A DNA stretch of 62,888 bases, counting the filler, from Collodictyon triciliatum (taxonomy: Eukaryota): assembly GCA_043381765.1 (NCBI GenBank). It is 9 parts of 9 records of this genome, joined end to end, with 100 filler letters (N's around TTAATTAATTAA, not from the genome) between each part and the next. Parts side by side here need not be neighbours in the genome. Positions count along the whole stretch, not along the records: positions 35,777 to 42,822 come from JBHJMP010004088.1; positions 42,923 to 53,037 come from JBHJMP010004089.1; 7 more parts are not named here. One strand, 5' to 3'. The translations under genes and the position numbers were made by a program. The notes below the pieces were generated by a model. The model was not told where the DNA came from, did not search any database, and saw nothing but the letters and a program-made list of their open reading frames with translations. Position 1 is the first letter of the stretch, and each line of letters starts with the position of its first letter. This document shows positions 40,001 to 50,283 of the stretch, piece after piece.

Positions 40001-41479
40001 AGTTGGGATTATTGGAACCCTGTTGGATTTGATGTTCTTTTAAAATGTAACTTGATAAATTCAAAAAAACGACTTTTGCAAAATATGATGAATTGCCAGG
40101 AGAATATGGTACACAATCATGCAATCCAATCAAATGAGTGGAAAAAAAAACCTTATCGGAAGATTGACGGAGGACACACTGGGATTCAAATACGAAAGGG
40201 GACAAAAGCACAATGATATGTACCATAATAGCAAGTGATATTTGAACCGAGTCGATATTTTGAAAGTAGTTCAGTAAATCAAGATATGCAAACATTCTTT
40301 TCAAATTAATTCCATTAAACTTGTAAAATAGTAATATAACAAGATGTGATTACAGTTTTGCAGAGTTCTGTGGTTACGGAGCACATTTCCCCCAAATGAA
40401 AAACCGTGAGTATATAGATAGTTTGAACGAGATTAAAATAGTAAAGTATAATTTTTCTTTTCAATTTAGTTGTATGAATCTTTTTGGTTGGCAGAAAATC
40501 CTTAAATTGAGTCACAAATTTACCCTAGAGATCGATGAGACTGAAATTCGCAGGCTTCCTTCACTTATTCCTGACCAGGTCATTCCAGATTCATATACAC
40601 CTACATATATAGCCAATGATATGGCCCAAGGGCTTCTTAGCTCAACGACTTCGGTCTCAACCTGCATGATAACAGAAGAAAAATTTATCAAATTAATAGA
40701 TTGTTTTATAATACATATTTAGAAAAAAAAACAGCAAAAAAACAGCAAAAAAACAGCAAAAAAACAGCAAAAAAACAGCAAAAACAAAAACAAAAAAAAC
40801 AAATTAACATATGAGGTATGATTATGAATATATCATTAGTCAAAATTTATAATATCCCATTATGTTAGATTATTTTAACCTTAAGATGGTTTCCATTTGC
40901 CTGTGGTACCCATTCTATTGCTTTATCAACAACACAAAAATTATCAAGTCCGCATGATATAGTAGCATTTATGATTACAGGGAGAGCAGAAAAGTACCTA
41001 GTGTAATTTTTTTTTTTTAAAAAAAAAAATNNNNNNNNNNNNNNNNNNNNNNNNNNNNNNNNNNNNNNNNNNNNNNNNNNNNNNNNNNNNNNNNNNNNNN
41101 NNNNNNNNNNNNNNNNNNNNNNNNNNNNNNNNNNNNNNNNNNNNNNNNNNNNNNNNNNNNNNNNNNNNNNNNNNNNNNNNNNNNNNNNNNNNNNNNNNNN
41201 NNNNNNNNNNNNNNNNNNNNNNNNNNNNNNNNNNNNNNNNNNNNNNNNNNNNNNNNNNNNNNNNNNNNNNNNNNNNNNNNNNNNNNNNNNNNNNNNNNNN
41301 NNNNNNNNNNNNNNNNNNNNNNNNNNNNNNNNNNNNNNNNNNNNNNNNNNNNNNNNNNNNNNNNNNNNNNNNNNNNNNNNNNNNNNNNNNNNNNNNNNNN
41401 NNNNNNNNNNNNNNNNNNNNNNNNNNNNNNNNNNNNNNNNNNNNNNNNNNNNNNNNNNNNNNNNNNNNNNNNNNNNNNN

Positions 41480-41523
<44 letters not shown>

Positions 41524-42640
41524 CAAGAGAGCTGAACAAAAGCTGTACCAAAAGGTGTTCGTAGGCTTTAATTAAATTGAAATGACCGCTGCCCTGCTCA
41601 AATAAATTGGCGGACTCTACGCGTTGGGCTGATTTAGCCAATACTTGCTTGATGATGGCAGGATTCGCAGAAAGTTTAATATTCTTCGCCGCGGAAATCA
41701 AAAGAGCGATCGCGCCAGCTACGACTGGCGATGCTACAGAGGTGCCTGATAACGTTTTGCATTTACCAGAAAGTGATAAGCCAAGCACATTTTGACCTAC
41801 AGTGAATGAAAACAGTTTTGGATCATGTACGTCAACGACGTGATTAAGATGATATGATAAAATATGCTCATATTTATAGTTATTATACTACTACTACCAC
41901 AGTTATTATTATTATTATTATTATTATTCAATTAACCATGTGCAACGATATCTGGTTTAGCCCTCCCATAGCCTTCTGGGAGCTCCCATGTCGTCATGCC
42001 TCGAGATGAAAACTGTGAAATTATTTACCATAAAAAAATTAAATAATATATAGATTATAAGAATGTGAATATTAAAGCACCAACTTTTGGTATTATCTGG
42101 TATAATGGTTCGGGTAGTTGATATGTGCATAGAAAAATGAGAGAAGTCATGAGCTCGAGTTAGATCTTCTGTACATGTGATGATTTATTATATATTGGTG
42201 TTAGGAGAGAAACACATTATTCAAATTACATAAGCAAGCTCTCCTTCTGTGTTTATTGCACCGACTCCAATTACATCAGGCTGGTCAGCTGGATTGTTAA
42301 GTGTCCTATTCAAAGATGACAATTAAAATAATGGTAATATATATATATATTCTGACAATTTTTCTTCAATTTTAGATATGCATTAGCTAACTTGAAATTC
42401 TGTAGAGATGACAACAGAGCTGGGAAAGAATCATAACAAAAAATCTTGCGGCTTGGCCAAATCTACACACCCATACAACGGACCATCGTTTCCAATTGCA
42501 GAAACGACTACAATACCACTTGCAGTAAGATCCCTGACCTTTTCAACAAACGGCATGTCCATGTAGTCCGGTCCTCCTATGCTCAGATTTAACACATCTA
42601 TTTTCAAACTGAGCGCGTGGTTGAAGGCATCCAGGAACCA
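37084..42640 (-). CDS. MBTPS1: Site-1 protease (SKI-1/S1P subtilase), multi-exon, 5' truncated
   Basis: [68 protein letters not shown], catalytic [55 protein letters not shown] and [13 protein letters not shown]. The gene continues across the plain-N gap at 41031-41479. The 3' end is approximate. Confidence 0.95.
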
Positions 42641-42691
42641 CGAAGTATAGGATACTATTATTTTTTTTAAAATGATTCGTGAGAATCATCG

Positions 42692-42796
<105 letters not shown>

Positions 42797-42923
42797 CAAC
42801 AAAAATAAAAAACAACAAAAAANNNNNNNNNNNNNNNNNNNNNNNNNNNNNNNNNNNNNNNNNNNNTTAATTAATTAANNNNNNNNNNNNNNNNNNNNNN
42901 NNNNNNNNNNNNNNNNNNNNNNT

Positions 42924-42965
42924 CAGGACTACAGCTTCACGCTGCGGATTATTCCAGATTTTTAA
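42924..42965 (+). CDS. C-terminal 13 aa of a truncated ORF, possibly the minor capsid protein (penton)
   Basis: Reads QDYSFTLRIIPDF then stop. D-[WY]-S-F-T-L-x-I is a common last beta-strand of single-jelly-roll pentons in Polinton-like viruses, and it lies 14 nt before the fibre gene. Very short, so tentative. Confidence 0.45.
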   Translation, partial: QDYSFTLRIIPDF

Positions 42966-42979
42966 ATCTTGCCTAGAAT

Positions 42980-45316
42980 ATGGGTTTTTTCATAACAGAA
43001 GAAAAGGAACTACCGGAATTTTCCAATAAAGACGCAAACAAAGTATTAAAAGTAGATTCAAGTGGGGTATATTTACAGTGGCTGCAGGAAACAGTAGCAC
43101 CGGCTGAGCTTCCAAGTCAAACTGGAAATGCTGGACGTTTGCTGACAACAAACGGCACAACTCCGTCGTGGACTAATGGTCCCATAGGCTTGGGCACAAC
43201 TGGGGCTGCTACTCCAATGCTTTGGTTTGGTGCATCAAACAATGGCTTTGCTGAAGCATGGACAGCGCAAAATAATGCTGGAGCTACAGGTGTGGCAGTT
43301 ATTACAAATGGCTCAATATGTTGTTCATTTCAAGCCGGTGCCGTCCGATTGCCTGGTGGTGTGCCAATACGAAGCAATGGTAATTCGCAGTCTCGGTTTC
43401 AGTTTACCAATGATGTACCTAATATACAAAATAGTGTTACATCAGGCGCAGTCGGTAATCAAACAACAACAATCAGCAGAATAGCTTTAGAATCAGGCTC
43501 AACATATACAAGCAATGTACTGACGGCTTCTACATCAAACACCTCGGGGTCTGGGTCTTGCTCTGAATATGCCATCGAAGTTCAACCAAATAAAATATCA
43601 TTTCAACGATTTACTTCAGGAAGTACAGCTACGATAGGAGCACGTAATGAAGTAGCATTTATAGATGCATCAAATTTAAATTTAAGTGGCTTAGGTATCC
43701 TTTCAACAGGTGGTGCATGGGTAAATATATCATCAAGATTGCGATGGAATGACACTCTTTACATAGAACCAACACAAGGGGCCACTACTGGGTCTGTGTC
43801 ATCTTCATTAAATTTTTTTGTGGGGACGCCTGGAACTACTGCTGGTGATACTTTGGGTCGTTTTTTAGCAGAACGATTGACTATTGGGAGCGTTTTCACC
43901 ACAGTCCGAAATACATTAAATTGTCTTTCATTAAATGGAACGGGTGGTACAGCGGGCAACCCTGCTATTATTTTTGGAGACAACACAAATTTACCAGCCG
44001 CAAACAGAAGCGGCATTTATGGCGCAGATGATACTGTATCTATCTCGACAAATGGTGTGCAAAGATTTGAAGTAAACAATAATGGTGTTAACACTAGTAG
44101 TCGTTTTATAAGTTCTCGAGGACTTGCAATTAGTAACGGATACAGTTTCAACGGCACGGACATTGCAGGATTATATGCAAGCTCAACTGATAACACAATG
44201 CATTTAGTCAGCAGTACAGTACCTGTATTGTCAGTTTTAAATGTGGGTGGAACTGGAGGCACTGGTGGGACTAGTACAGCAACAGTCAACGGCAATTTAA
44301 CAATATCTCAACAGATCATTCAACCAACCAATGTAATTACTGTAACTGCCAACAGTCAAACTTTCGACCTGGGCGCAACATTTAGTAACAATGTTATAGT
44401 TGATATGGGGGGTTTTACACCTGTGGTATTAAGATTTCTTAGCTCTGGCTTTACAAATGGAATGTCATTTTATATTGTGCCGAATAGCAATTTATCAGGC
44501 GCTGTTCTTCAATTAACGCCAATTGCGGGTGTTACTTTACGAGTTTATCAAGGAGGGCTAACAAATAATTATACTACAACAATCGATGTATCAACACGCG
44601 CATCTCTTCACTGTACATTTCATAATAATATCTGGTACATTACTTCACATTGGATGGCAAGCAATGCAACTTTTCCAGGGACGGTTACAGCTACCGGGTT
44701 CAGTTCTTCGGGTAGCGCATCGATCACAAATAATCTAACCGTGGGTGGATATATTGCTCCAAGTCATATAGAATTACCTTCGGGGAATGAAGTTAGGTTT
44801 GGTACTGTTTCTTCGTTAACAAATTGCATCAGAGGCGGGACAGAGAGCTCACAATTTTTTGTAAGTATTACTGTCAATTCGCTTCGGAATGTAAATTTTA
44901 AACCTGATAGATCCGAATTTGATAAACATATTGAACAAACAAAATGCCCAATCCAAGATTATGCGAACCATAACACGTCAGGAGAAGTCACTCTCGGGGC
45001 TAATAGTCCTCCGATATATTTTATTAGTCGTCCTCAGCAACACACTACAATCGCAAAATTAAAACTTCCGTCTGCAAATACTGCTAGTATTATAGATGGA
45101 TGGACTATTAAAATTATACACCTTGACCAGGGTGGGTTCTCAAGTGCTTTTGCTCAAGTAGAATTTGCTTCAGATAGTGTAAATCTGTGGTCCGATGGCA
45201 CACAAACAGCTTTCAATGCTGGCGAATCTAAAAATATTCCAATTGGGTCCTGCTGGACAATTATGTGTCAAAAAACATTAAACAAGTGGGTAGTAACAGG
45301 CTGGTCCAAGCCATAA
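42980..45316 (+). CDS. 778-aa virion fibre / receptor-binding-like protein
   Basis: G/S/T/N-rich beta-structure composition. Phage tail-fibre-like motifs ELPSQTGNAGRLLTTNGTTPSW and GTAGNPAIIFGDNTN...SGIYGADDTVSISTNGVQRFEVNNNG, plus TVNGNLTI and ITNNLTVGG. Confidence 0.7.
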   Translation: MGFFITEEKELPEFSNKDANKVLKVDSSGVYLQWLQETVAPAELPSQTGNAGRLLTTNGTTPSWTNGPIGLGTTGAATPMLWFGASNNGFAEAWTAQNNAGATGVAVITNGSICCSFQAGAVRLPGGVPIRSNGNSQSRFQFTNDVPNIQNSVTSGAVGNQTTTISRIALESGSTYTSNVLTASTSNTSGSGSCSEYAIEVQPNKISFQRFTSGSTATIGARNEVAFIDASNLNLSGLGILSTGGAWVNISSRLRWNDTLYIEPTQGATTGSVSSSLNFFVGTPGTTAGDTLGRFLAERLTIGSVFTTVRNTLNCLSLNGTGGTAGNPAIIFGDNTNLPAANRSGIYGADDTVSISTNGVQRFEVNNNGVNTSSRFISSRGLAISNGYSFNGTDIAGLYASSTDNTMHLVSSTVPVLSVLNVGGTGGTGGTSTATVNGNLTISQQIIQPTNVITVTANSQTFDLGATFSNNVIVDMGGFTPVVLRFLSSGFTNGMSFYIVPNSNLSGAVLQLTPIAGVTLRVYQGGLTNNYTTTIDVSTRASLHCTFHNNIWYITSHWMASNATFPGTVTATGFSSSGSASITNNLTVGGYIAPSHIELPSGNEVRFGTVSSLTNCIRGGTESSQFFVSITVNSLRNVNFKPDRSEFDKHIEQTKCPIQDYANHNTSGEVTLGANSPPIYFISRPQQHTTIAKLKLPSANTASIIDGWTIKIIHLDQGGFSSAFAQVEFASDSVNLWSDGTQTAFNAGESKNIPIGSCWTIMCQKTLNKWVVTGWSKP

Positions 45317-45318
45317 GT

Positions 45319-45407
45319 AAACAATTTTTATTATAATAACAATTGTTTTCAATGCACATGTACCTATGCACGAGTACATTTGCAAACTTTTTATAGGGCA
45401 CCCTATA
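45319..45407. terminator. Cluster of three inverted repeats directly after the fibre stop codon
   Basis: 30-nt near-perfect palindrome AAACAATTTTTATTATAATAACAATTGTTT (45319-45348); TGCACATGTAC-N10-GTACATTTGCA (45353-45384); TATAGGG-CA-CCCTATA (45392-45407). Terminator role is inferred. Confidence 0.55.
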
Positions 45408-45416
45408 CTTTTTAGA

Positions 45417-45498
45417 AAAGGAGTTGTTAGGTTTCTATAAACTTTATAATTTTATACTTGTGTATATAAGGATGTGTATATACTTGTGCATAGTAATA
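45417..45498 (+). repeat. 82-bp direct repeat, copy 1
   Basis: AAAGGAGTTGTTAGGTTTCTATAAACTTTATA[A/G]TTTTATACTTGTGTATATAAGGATGTGTATATACTTGTGCATAGTAATA; 81 of 82 positions identical to 52139-52220. Confidence 0.95.
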
Positions 45499-45582
45499 TG
45501 ACATATAAAAGAGTAAGAAGAAATTAATGAATACTCAACCCCCCCTTTACTGAGAGGGCTTGGACGCACAAGCCCCCGCTTG

Positions 45583-48500
45583 TTAATAGACAGCCTGTGA
45601 AAGATTCTTGGGCCGGACGCCAAAGACCTGGGCAATGCGGGGGCCATAGACTTTCCTGCCCCAGCCTCCAGCCGAAATAAAGTATTGGGCGTCACGCTCG
45701 GTGTTGAAAGTCGCCTTCTTGCCTTCACCCACGGCAATGTATTTGAGGCCCTGGCGTTTAATTTGGTACACGCCCTTTGCAGGGACAATTGTGCCATAAG
45801 TGAATTTGTCCTGGGACTTTTTGCGTTTGACTTGCTCGGGCAGCTGGATGACATTTTTGAGCAGAATAGTTTCTTCCTCGACGTCCTCTCCTGGGCGCCA
45901 CTTCAATGGCAAGGCTCCGTCTCCCTTCATTCTTCTGATCAGAGAAACTGCAATTTGAGTGTCTGTTGAATTCATCAATTGATTCAATGTGTCTGGCTGT
46001 GAGGTAATGTCATTGAGTGAGCGCATACCCTGGGCTCTGAGTGCATCCTGGATTTGAGCCCAAGTAGTTCCGGCAAGAACGCCACCGATTAAATCTGTAT
46101 TAGCCCTTAAACCACCATCGAGTGCCCTTGGTCCGAGGAAGCTGTTTATGTAATTGTTGAGTAAATCAAGCAGCTCAACGAGTTCGGGTGATGCGGCAAC
46201 GGGTGCGGGGCCTGTAGCTTTGCGTCGGTCGCTTCTGCGGGGCAATGGCGCAAACTGTGTACTAGATGTAAAAATATTTCTCTGCATAACATTGCCGGGA
46301 AAATTATCTGCAGGTAGTGCTGTTGGACGGTCTCTCAATACAATTCGCTCGACTTCACGGACGGGCCCAGGGACCTCGACTCTTTCTGTGCGGACAACTT
46401 CACGGACGGGCCCAGGGACGTCACGATATTCAATCCTCGGATTAAGTTGAATAATTGGTCGACTGGGGCCGACTGGGGCTTGGGGTCTAACAAGTAATTC
46501 CTGACGAGCAATAGCTAATTCACCTTCAAGTTTTTGCACACGAGCTTCGGCTTTAGTTTTTAAATTTAAATCTGCATCCATAACTTGATGTAATGCTGTA
46601 CGTTCTGCTTCAAATTCTACGCGTTGTGATTCTATTTGTTCTCGAGCACGTTGAACTTCTCGTTGTTTCTGTTCAAGTTCTCTGGAAATGTCGGCATTCT
46701 CTCGATTCAAATTTTGAACTGTAGTTTGTTCAGTTTGAATAGTTCCCTCGAGTTCTCTAATTCTTTTTTCGTTTACAAATACTTTATTTTGTTCAGTTTT
46801 AAGTTGCTCTTCAAGTCTACCAATAGTTTCATTACTTTCTCTAATTCGAGCTTCTATTGTTTGTTGGTCACCTGTAAGAGCATCTAAATCTGCTTGTAAT
46901 CGGTTAGCTCTAGCAATTTCTAAATCAGCTCTTTCCTCTGCTTTTTCATATTGATTTTGTAATTGTTCATTTTGTACATTCAGTTCGTCTAATCTTTCAG
47001 TTAAATTGTTTATATATTCATCAGCCTCTGCTATCAAACGATTATATTCAATTTGGTTTTGTCTAATTTTTTCTCTCTCTTGGTCACTAATAAATATTGA
47101 TTGAGTTAGTCTGTCATTTGTTAATTGTAACTGCTCTTCAAGTTCTTTTTTTTGGTTAACTGCAGTTTCAAGGTCTTGTTGTAATTGAGCTGCTTGTTGA
47201 TTAGCAGCTGTTAGTCTACCTCCTTGTTCATTGACTTGAGCAGCAAGCGTTTTATTTGTACCTCCTAGAGCATCAAGTGCTAATTTTTGTCTATCAACTA
47301 ACTCTCTTAGTTTTTCGACTTCAGGTGAAATTCTGGGTGTGATTGGAAAATTAATAGGGGGCGTTGCAGCACTTCGGGGTGAAGGATCTGGACTAGAATC
47401 AGGAGACCCGCCGGGTGCGCCGGGAGCAGCAGCTACTTGTTGTTGTTTAGCAGCTGCTAATTCATCTTGAAGTTTGGTAATTGTATCATTTAACATTTCG
47501 ATTGTTTCTTCGTTACTACTTTTTTTTAATGTTGCATCTTCTTCTAAATCAAAAATTTTTTTTGTCAAAATATCTACAAATTTTTGATGATCTGCTTCTA
47601 ATTCTTGGACATATAATCTGTGTTTTGGGTCTTGTTGAAGTAATTCAATAAGTTCCTCATTCTCTTTAATTTTTTCAGTTAATTTTTCAATATCTTTCAC
47701 CTTTTCATCTAATCTTTCACTTGATTGTTGTTTTAACTCAGCTATTTTTTGGTCCGACTCTTCTATCACTTTTTTATATGCTTCTTCTGCATCTTGTAGG
47801 TTTTTTAAATTAGTTTCTATTTGTGATTTTTCTCTTGTAAGTATTGCAATTTCTTCTCGTAGTTTCTTTTCAGTCTCACCTGTTAACAATCCTCTTAATG
47901 GACTGCGTTGTTGTTGAAGTTGGCTAAGTTGTTGTTCAAGAGTAGTTATAGAACCTTTTGCTTTGTTTAAATCCGCTTGTAATACATTGTTTTGTTCCTG
48001 GACTAATTCATTGTTTCTAGTTTTATCTCTTTCTAATACTAATTCTGCTTTGAGGTTTTCAATATCTTCTAATGCCTTTTTTATATCTCTGTCAAGAGCT
48101 TCTTTTTGCCCTGCTAAAAATGCAACTCGTTTCTTTAAATTTTCAAATTCTGTAGGATCTATTTTTGGCTTGTCTAATTCTTTTTTTAATGCCTCTTTGG
48201 CTTTTGCTGTTTCAGCTTCGTTTGTTTTTATATCTTTTTCTAATTGTGTTAATCTAGTAGATCTAGCCTGTGTTTCTGCAAGAAGTTGTTTTTTTACTGC
48301 TAGTTCATTTTCCAATTCTTCTGTTAAATTTTCTATTTGTCTGGATTTTCTTGTATTTTCATCGGTAAGTTTTGTTACTTCTCCCATTTTTTTTCTATAA
48401 TCCTTATCCATCTCTGTAAACCTTTCTGATAATTTATTGTATTCCTCTATTAAATTTTTTAATTCATCCTCACGGCCCTTTAGAGCTTGTTTTAATCCTG

Positions 48501-49866
48501 GTGCATTCGTCTCTTGTATTTCTTTCTTTAATCTTTTAATCTCTGCTTCATGCTTTGTTATTTTTTCTTGTGCCTCTTTAAGTTGAGATTGTGCTTGTAA
48601 AAGTTGAGATTGTGTTAGAGTGTCAAAAACTGGTGCAGGTCGTTGTGAAGGTTGTTGAGTGCTAACTGATGCTTGTTCTGAACCTGTGTCAGCTCGATAT
48701 AAACTTCCTTTAAATGCAGAACCAGCTGCTACAACTCCAGTACTAACTAAAGAAGCAGCACCCAGACTAACATTTAGTAAACCACTGCCAAGCGCACTAG
48801 CCCCTCGTGATAAAAGACTTGGCGACGCTGATTGACTTCTTTCTGTGAACTGAATCGATTCTGTTTTAAATTCAGCGGAAGACTCACTAGTGGATTGAGA
48901 TCTGCCCCGCACAGGAGTTGCGGGTTCTTCATCTTTTACTGGATTAAGTTCTGTTTTTATCTGTGGGTTTAGGGGTGGACGTGCAGCAGGCATTTTAAAC
49001 TGAGGACCTGGAGTTATTCCGGCAGCCTCCTTTCTTCTTCTTTCTATTTCAGCTTCACGTCTAGCTGAAGCCTCTACTTCTGAAGGAGTTTGCTCGCTTG
49101 ATTCTGTTGGTGTACGTGGTGTTAGTGTAGGTTGTTGATAGTTTGGTAGTAAATATGGTGCCATCTCTTCTCTCCATATATCATACAATTTAATAGCAGA
49201 TAATTGTGTATTTCCTCTATATCCTATAAGATCTAATAAATGTTTAAAGTAATTTCTATAATACACTGGGTCATTGGTTATGTCTGTATCAGAATGTATA
49301 CTGGTTCGGGCAAAATCAATAACATCTTTTTTAGTTTGAAATACCTGTCCGTAATTAATTCGCTTAGTAGCAAGTTTCAAATAGTTCATTTTTGTTTGTT
49401 TTGACTCTCCTGGAGAAAATGTAAAAAAAAATTTATTTAACATAGCTTCGAGTTCAGCAGTTCTAAATTCATTTATATCAAAATTTTTTTGTCGGAGTAT
49501 GCTTGTTATTTGATCCGTACTTAAATTTGAAACATCTCTAGGTGTTCCACTAGGTGATGGTTGAGTAAATACTCTAGGACTAGGACCAGCAGAAGCAGCT
49601 CTAGAAGCAGGAGCAGAACCAGGCGCAGAACTAGGAGCAGATCTAGGAGTACCCATCGGGTCCTCATCATAATCATTATCAAATGGAGCATCATCCATAA
49701 CCAGTCTGTTGGCAATATATTTACCCTGAGTGCCCCTCGCTGGCCATTTTCCATATTTTTGAAAATATAACTCTCTTAAATCACTCACCTCATTTTCCCG
49801 AAGTAACTCGTCTCTATTATCTAGCAACCTTGCATTTTCAATATCCGCTTCAGTTACTTTAACCAT
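45583..49866 (-). CDS. 1427-aa viral protein: small helical N-terminal modules, very long coiled coil, VPGPVREV repeats, globular C-terminus
   Basis: Uninterrupted ORF; roughly aa 420-1120 are E/K/Q/L heptads broken by a Pro/Ser linker. A 23-bp duplication at 46352-46374 and 46397-46419 encodes VPGPVREV twice. Confidence 0.85.
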   Translation of the reverse strand: MVKVTEADIENARLLDNRDELLRENEVSDLRELYFQKYGKWPARGTQGKYIANRLVMDDAPFDNDYDEDPMGTPRSAPSSAPGSAPASRAASAGPSPRVFTQPSPSGTPRDVSNLSTDQITSILRQKNFDINEFRTAELEAMLNKFFFTFSPGESKQTKMNYLKLATKRINYGQVFQTKKDVIDFARTSIHSDTDITNDPVYYRNYFKHLLDLIGYRGNTQLSAIKLYDIWREEMAPYLLPNYQQPTLTPRTPTESSEQTPSEVEASARREAEIERRRKEAAGITPGPQFKMPAARPPLNPQIKTELNPVKDEEPATPVRGRSQSTSESSAEFKTESIQFTERSQSASPSLLSRGASALGSGLLNVSLGAASLVSTGVVAAGSAFKGSLYRADTGSEQASVSTQQPSQRPAPVFDTLTQSQLLQAQSQLKEAQEKITKHEAEIKRLKKEIQETNAPGLKQALKGREDELKNLIEEYNKLSERFTEMDKDYRKKMGEVTKLTDENTRKSRQIENLTEELENELAVKKQLLAETQARSTRLTQLEKDIKTNEAETAKAKEALKKELDKPKIDPTEFENLKKRVAFLAGQKEALDRDIKKALEDIENLKAELVLERDKTRNNELVQEQNNVLQADLNKAKGSITTLEQQLSQLQQQRSPLRGLLTGETEKKLREEIAILTREKSQIETNLKNLQDAEEAYKKVIEESDQKIAELKQQSSERLDEKVKDIEKLTEKIKENEELIELLQQDPKHRLYVQELEADHQKFVDILTKKIFDLEEDATLKKSSNEETIEMLNDTITKLQDELAAAKQQQVAAAPGAPGGSPDSSPDPSPRSAATPPINFPITPRISPEVEKLRELVDRQKLALDALGGTNKTLAAQVNEQGGRLTAANQQAAQLQQDLETAVNQKKELEEQLQLTNDRLTQSIFISDQEREKIRQNQIEYNRLIAEADEYINNLTERLDELNVQNEQLQNQYEKAEERADLEIARANRLQADLDALTGDQQTIEARIRESNETIGRLEEQLKTEQNKVFVNEKRIRELEGTIQTEQTTVQNLNRENADISRELEQKQREVQRAREQIESQRVEFEAERTALHQVMDADLNLKTKAEARVQKLEGELAIARQELLVRPQAPVGPSRPIIQLNPRIEYRDVPGPVREVVRTERVEVPGPVREVERIVLRDRPTALPADNFPGNVMQRNIFTSSTQFAPLPRRSDRRKATGPAPVAASPELVELLDLLNNYINSFLGPRALDGGLRANTDLIGGVLAGTTWAQIQDALRAQGMRSLNDITSQPDTLNQLMNSTDTQIAVSLIRRMKGDGALPLKWRPGEDVEEETILLKNVIQLPEQVKRKKSQDKFTYGTIVPAKGVYQIKRQGLKYIAVGEGKKATFNTERDAQYFISAGGWGRKVYGPRIAQVFGVRPKNLSQAVY

Positions 49867-49902
49867 AATACTTTAGCCAATATAAATTTTCTGCGTAATA
49901 GT
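49867..49902. promoter_or_regulatory. 36-bp divergent intergenic region, putative bidirectional promoter
   Basis: The only sequence between two divergent ATGs; central palindromic AAATTT (49884-49889). AAATTT also ends 17 nt before the capsid ATG. Confidence 0.45.
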
Positions 49903-50262
49903 ATGATCGTTGATGTTAGGAAGGGAGCTAGGGGAGTTGGTCGATTTCTCACGCGACACACAGAAGGTGCTTTACAGAAAATACGAAAACTGGACGATGC
50001 GTATATGGACTTAAATAAAGCATCGGGTGGCTTGGTCGAACTTGGGCTGCAGGGCACGGGGCTCAAGCCTGCGTTCCAGACAATAGCCAATCCGCTGGTG
50101 ACGGCAATCACGGCAACAAATATGCTCGGTCGTGGTTTGTCGACCCTGGGAAAAACAGACTGGAACTTACAGAACGCTAGGAACATTGGCTCGGGCATCC
50201 AGGACATCGGCCAGGCATACGTGCTTGCTTCAACTGGAAATGCGTTTAGGCCATATTCTTAA
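49903..50262 (+). CDS. 119-aa basic, Gly-rich amphipathic protein, putative virion core or membrane-penetration protein
   Basis: VRKGARGVGRFLTRHTEGALQKIRKL amphipathic N-terminus; ends 21 nt upstream of the capsid gene. Confidence 0.65.
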   Translation: MIVDVRKGARGVGRFLTRHTEGALQKIRKLDDAYMDLNKASGGLVELGLQGTGLKPAFQTIANPLVTAITATNMLGRGLSTLGKTDWNLQNARNIGSGIQDIGQAYVLASTGNAFRPYS

Positions 50263-50283
50263 ATTTTTTTTCTATGTATTGTT

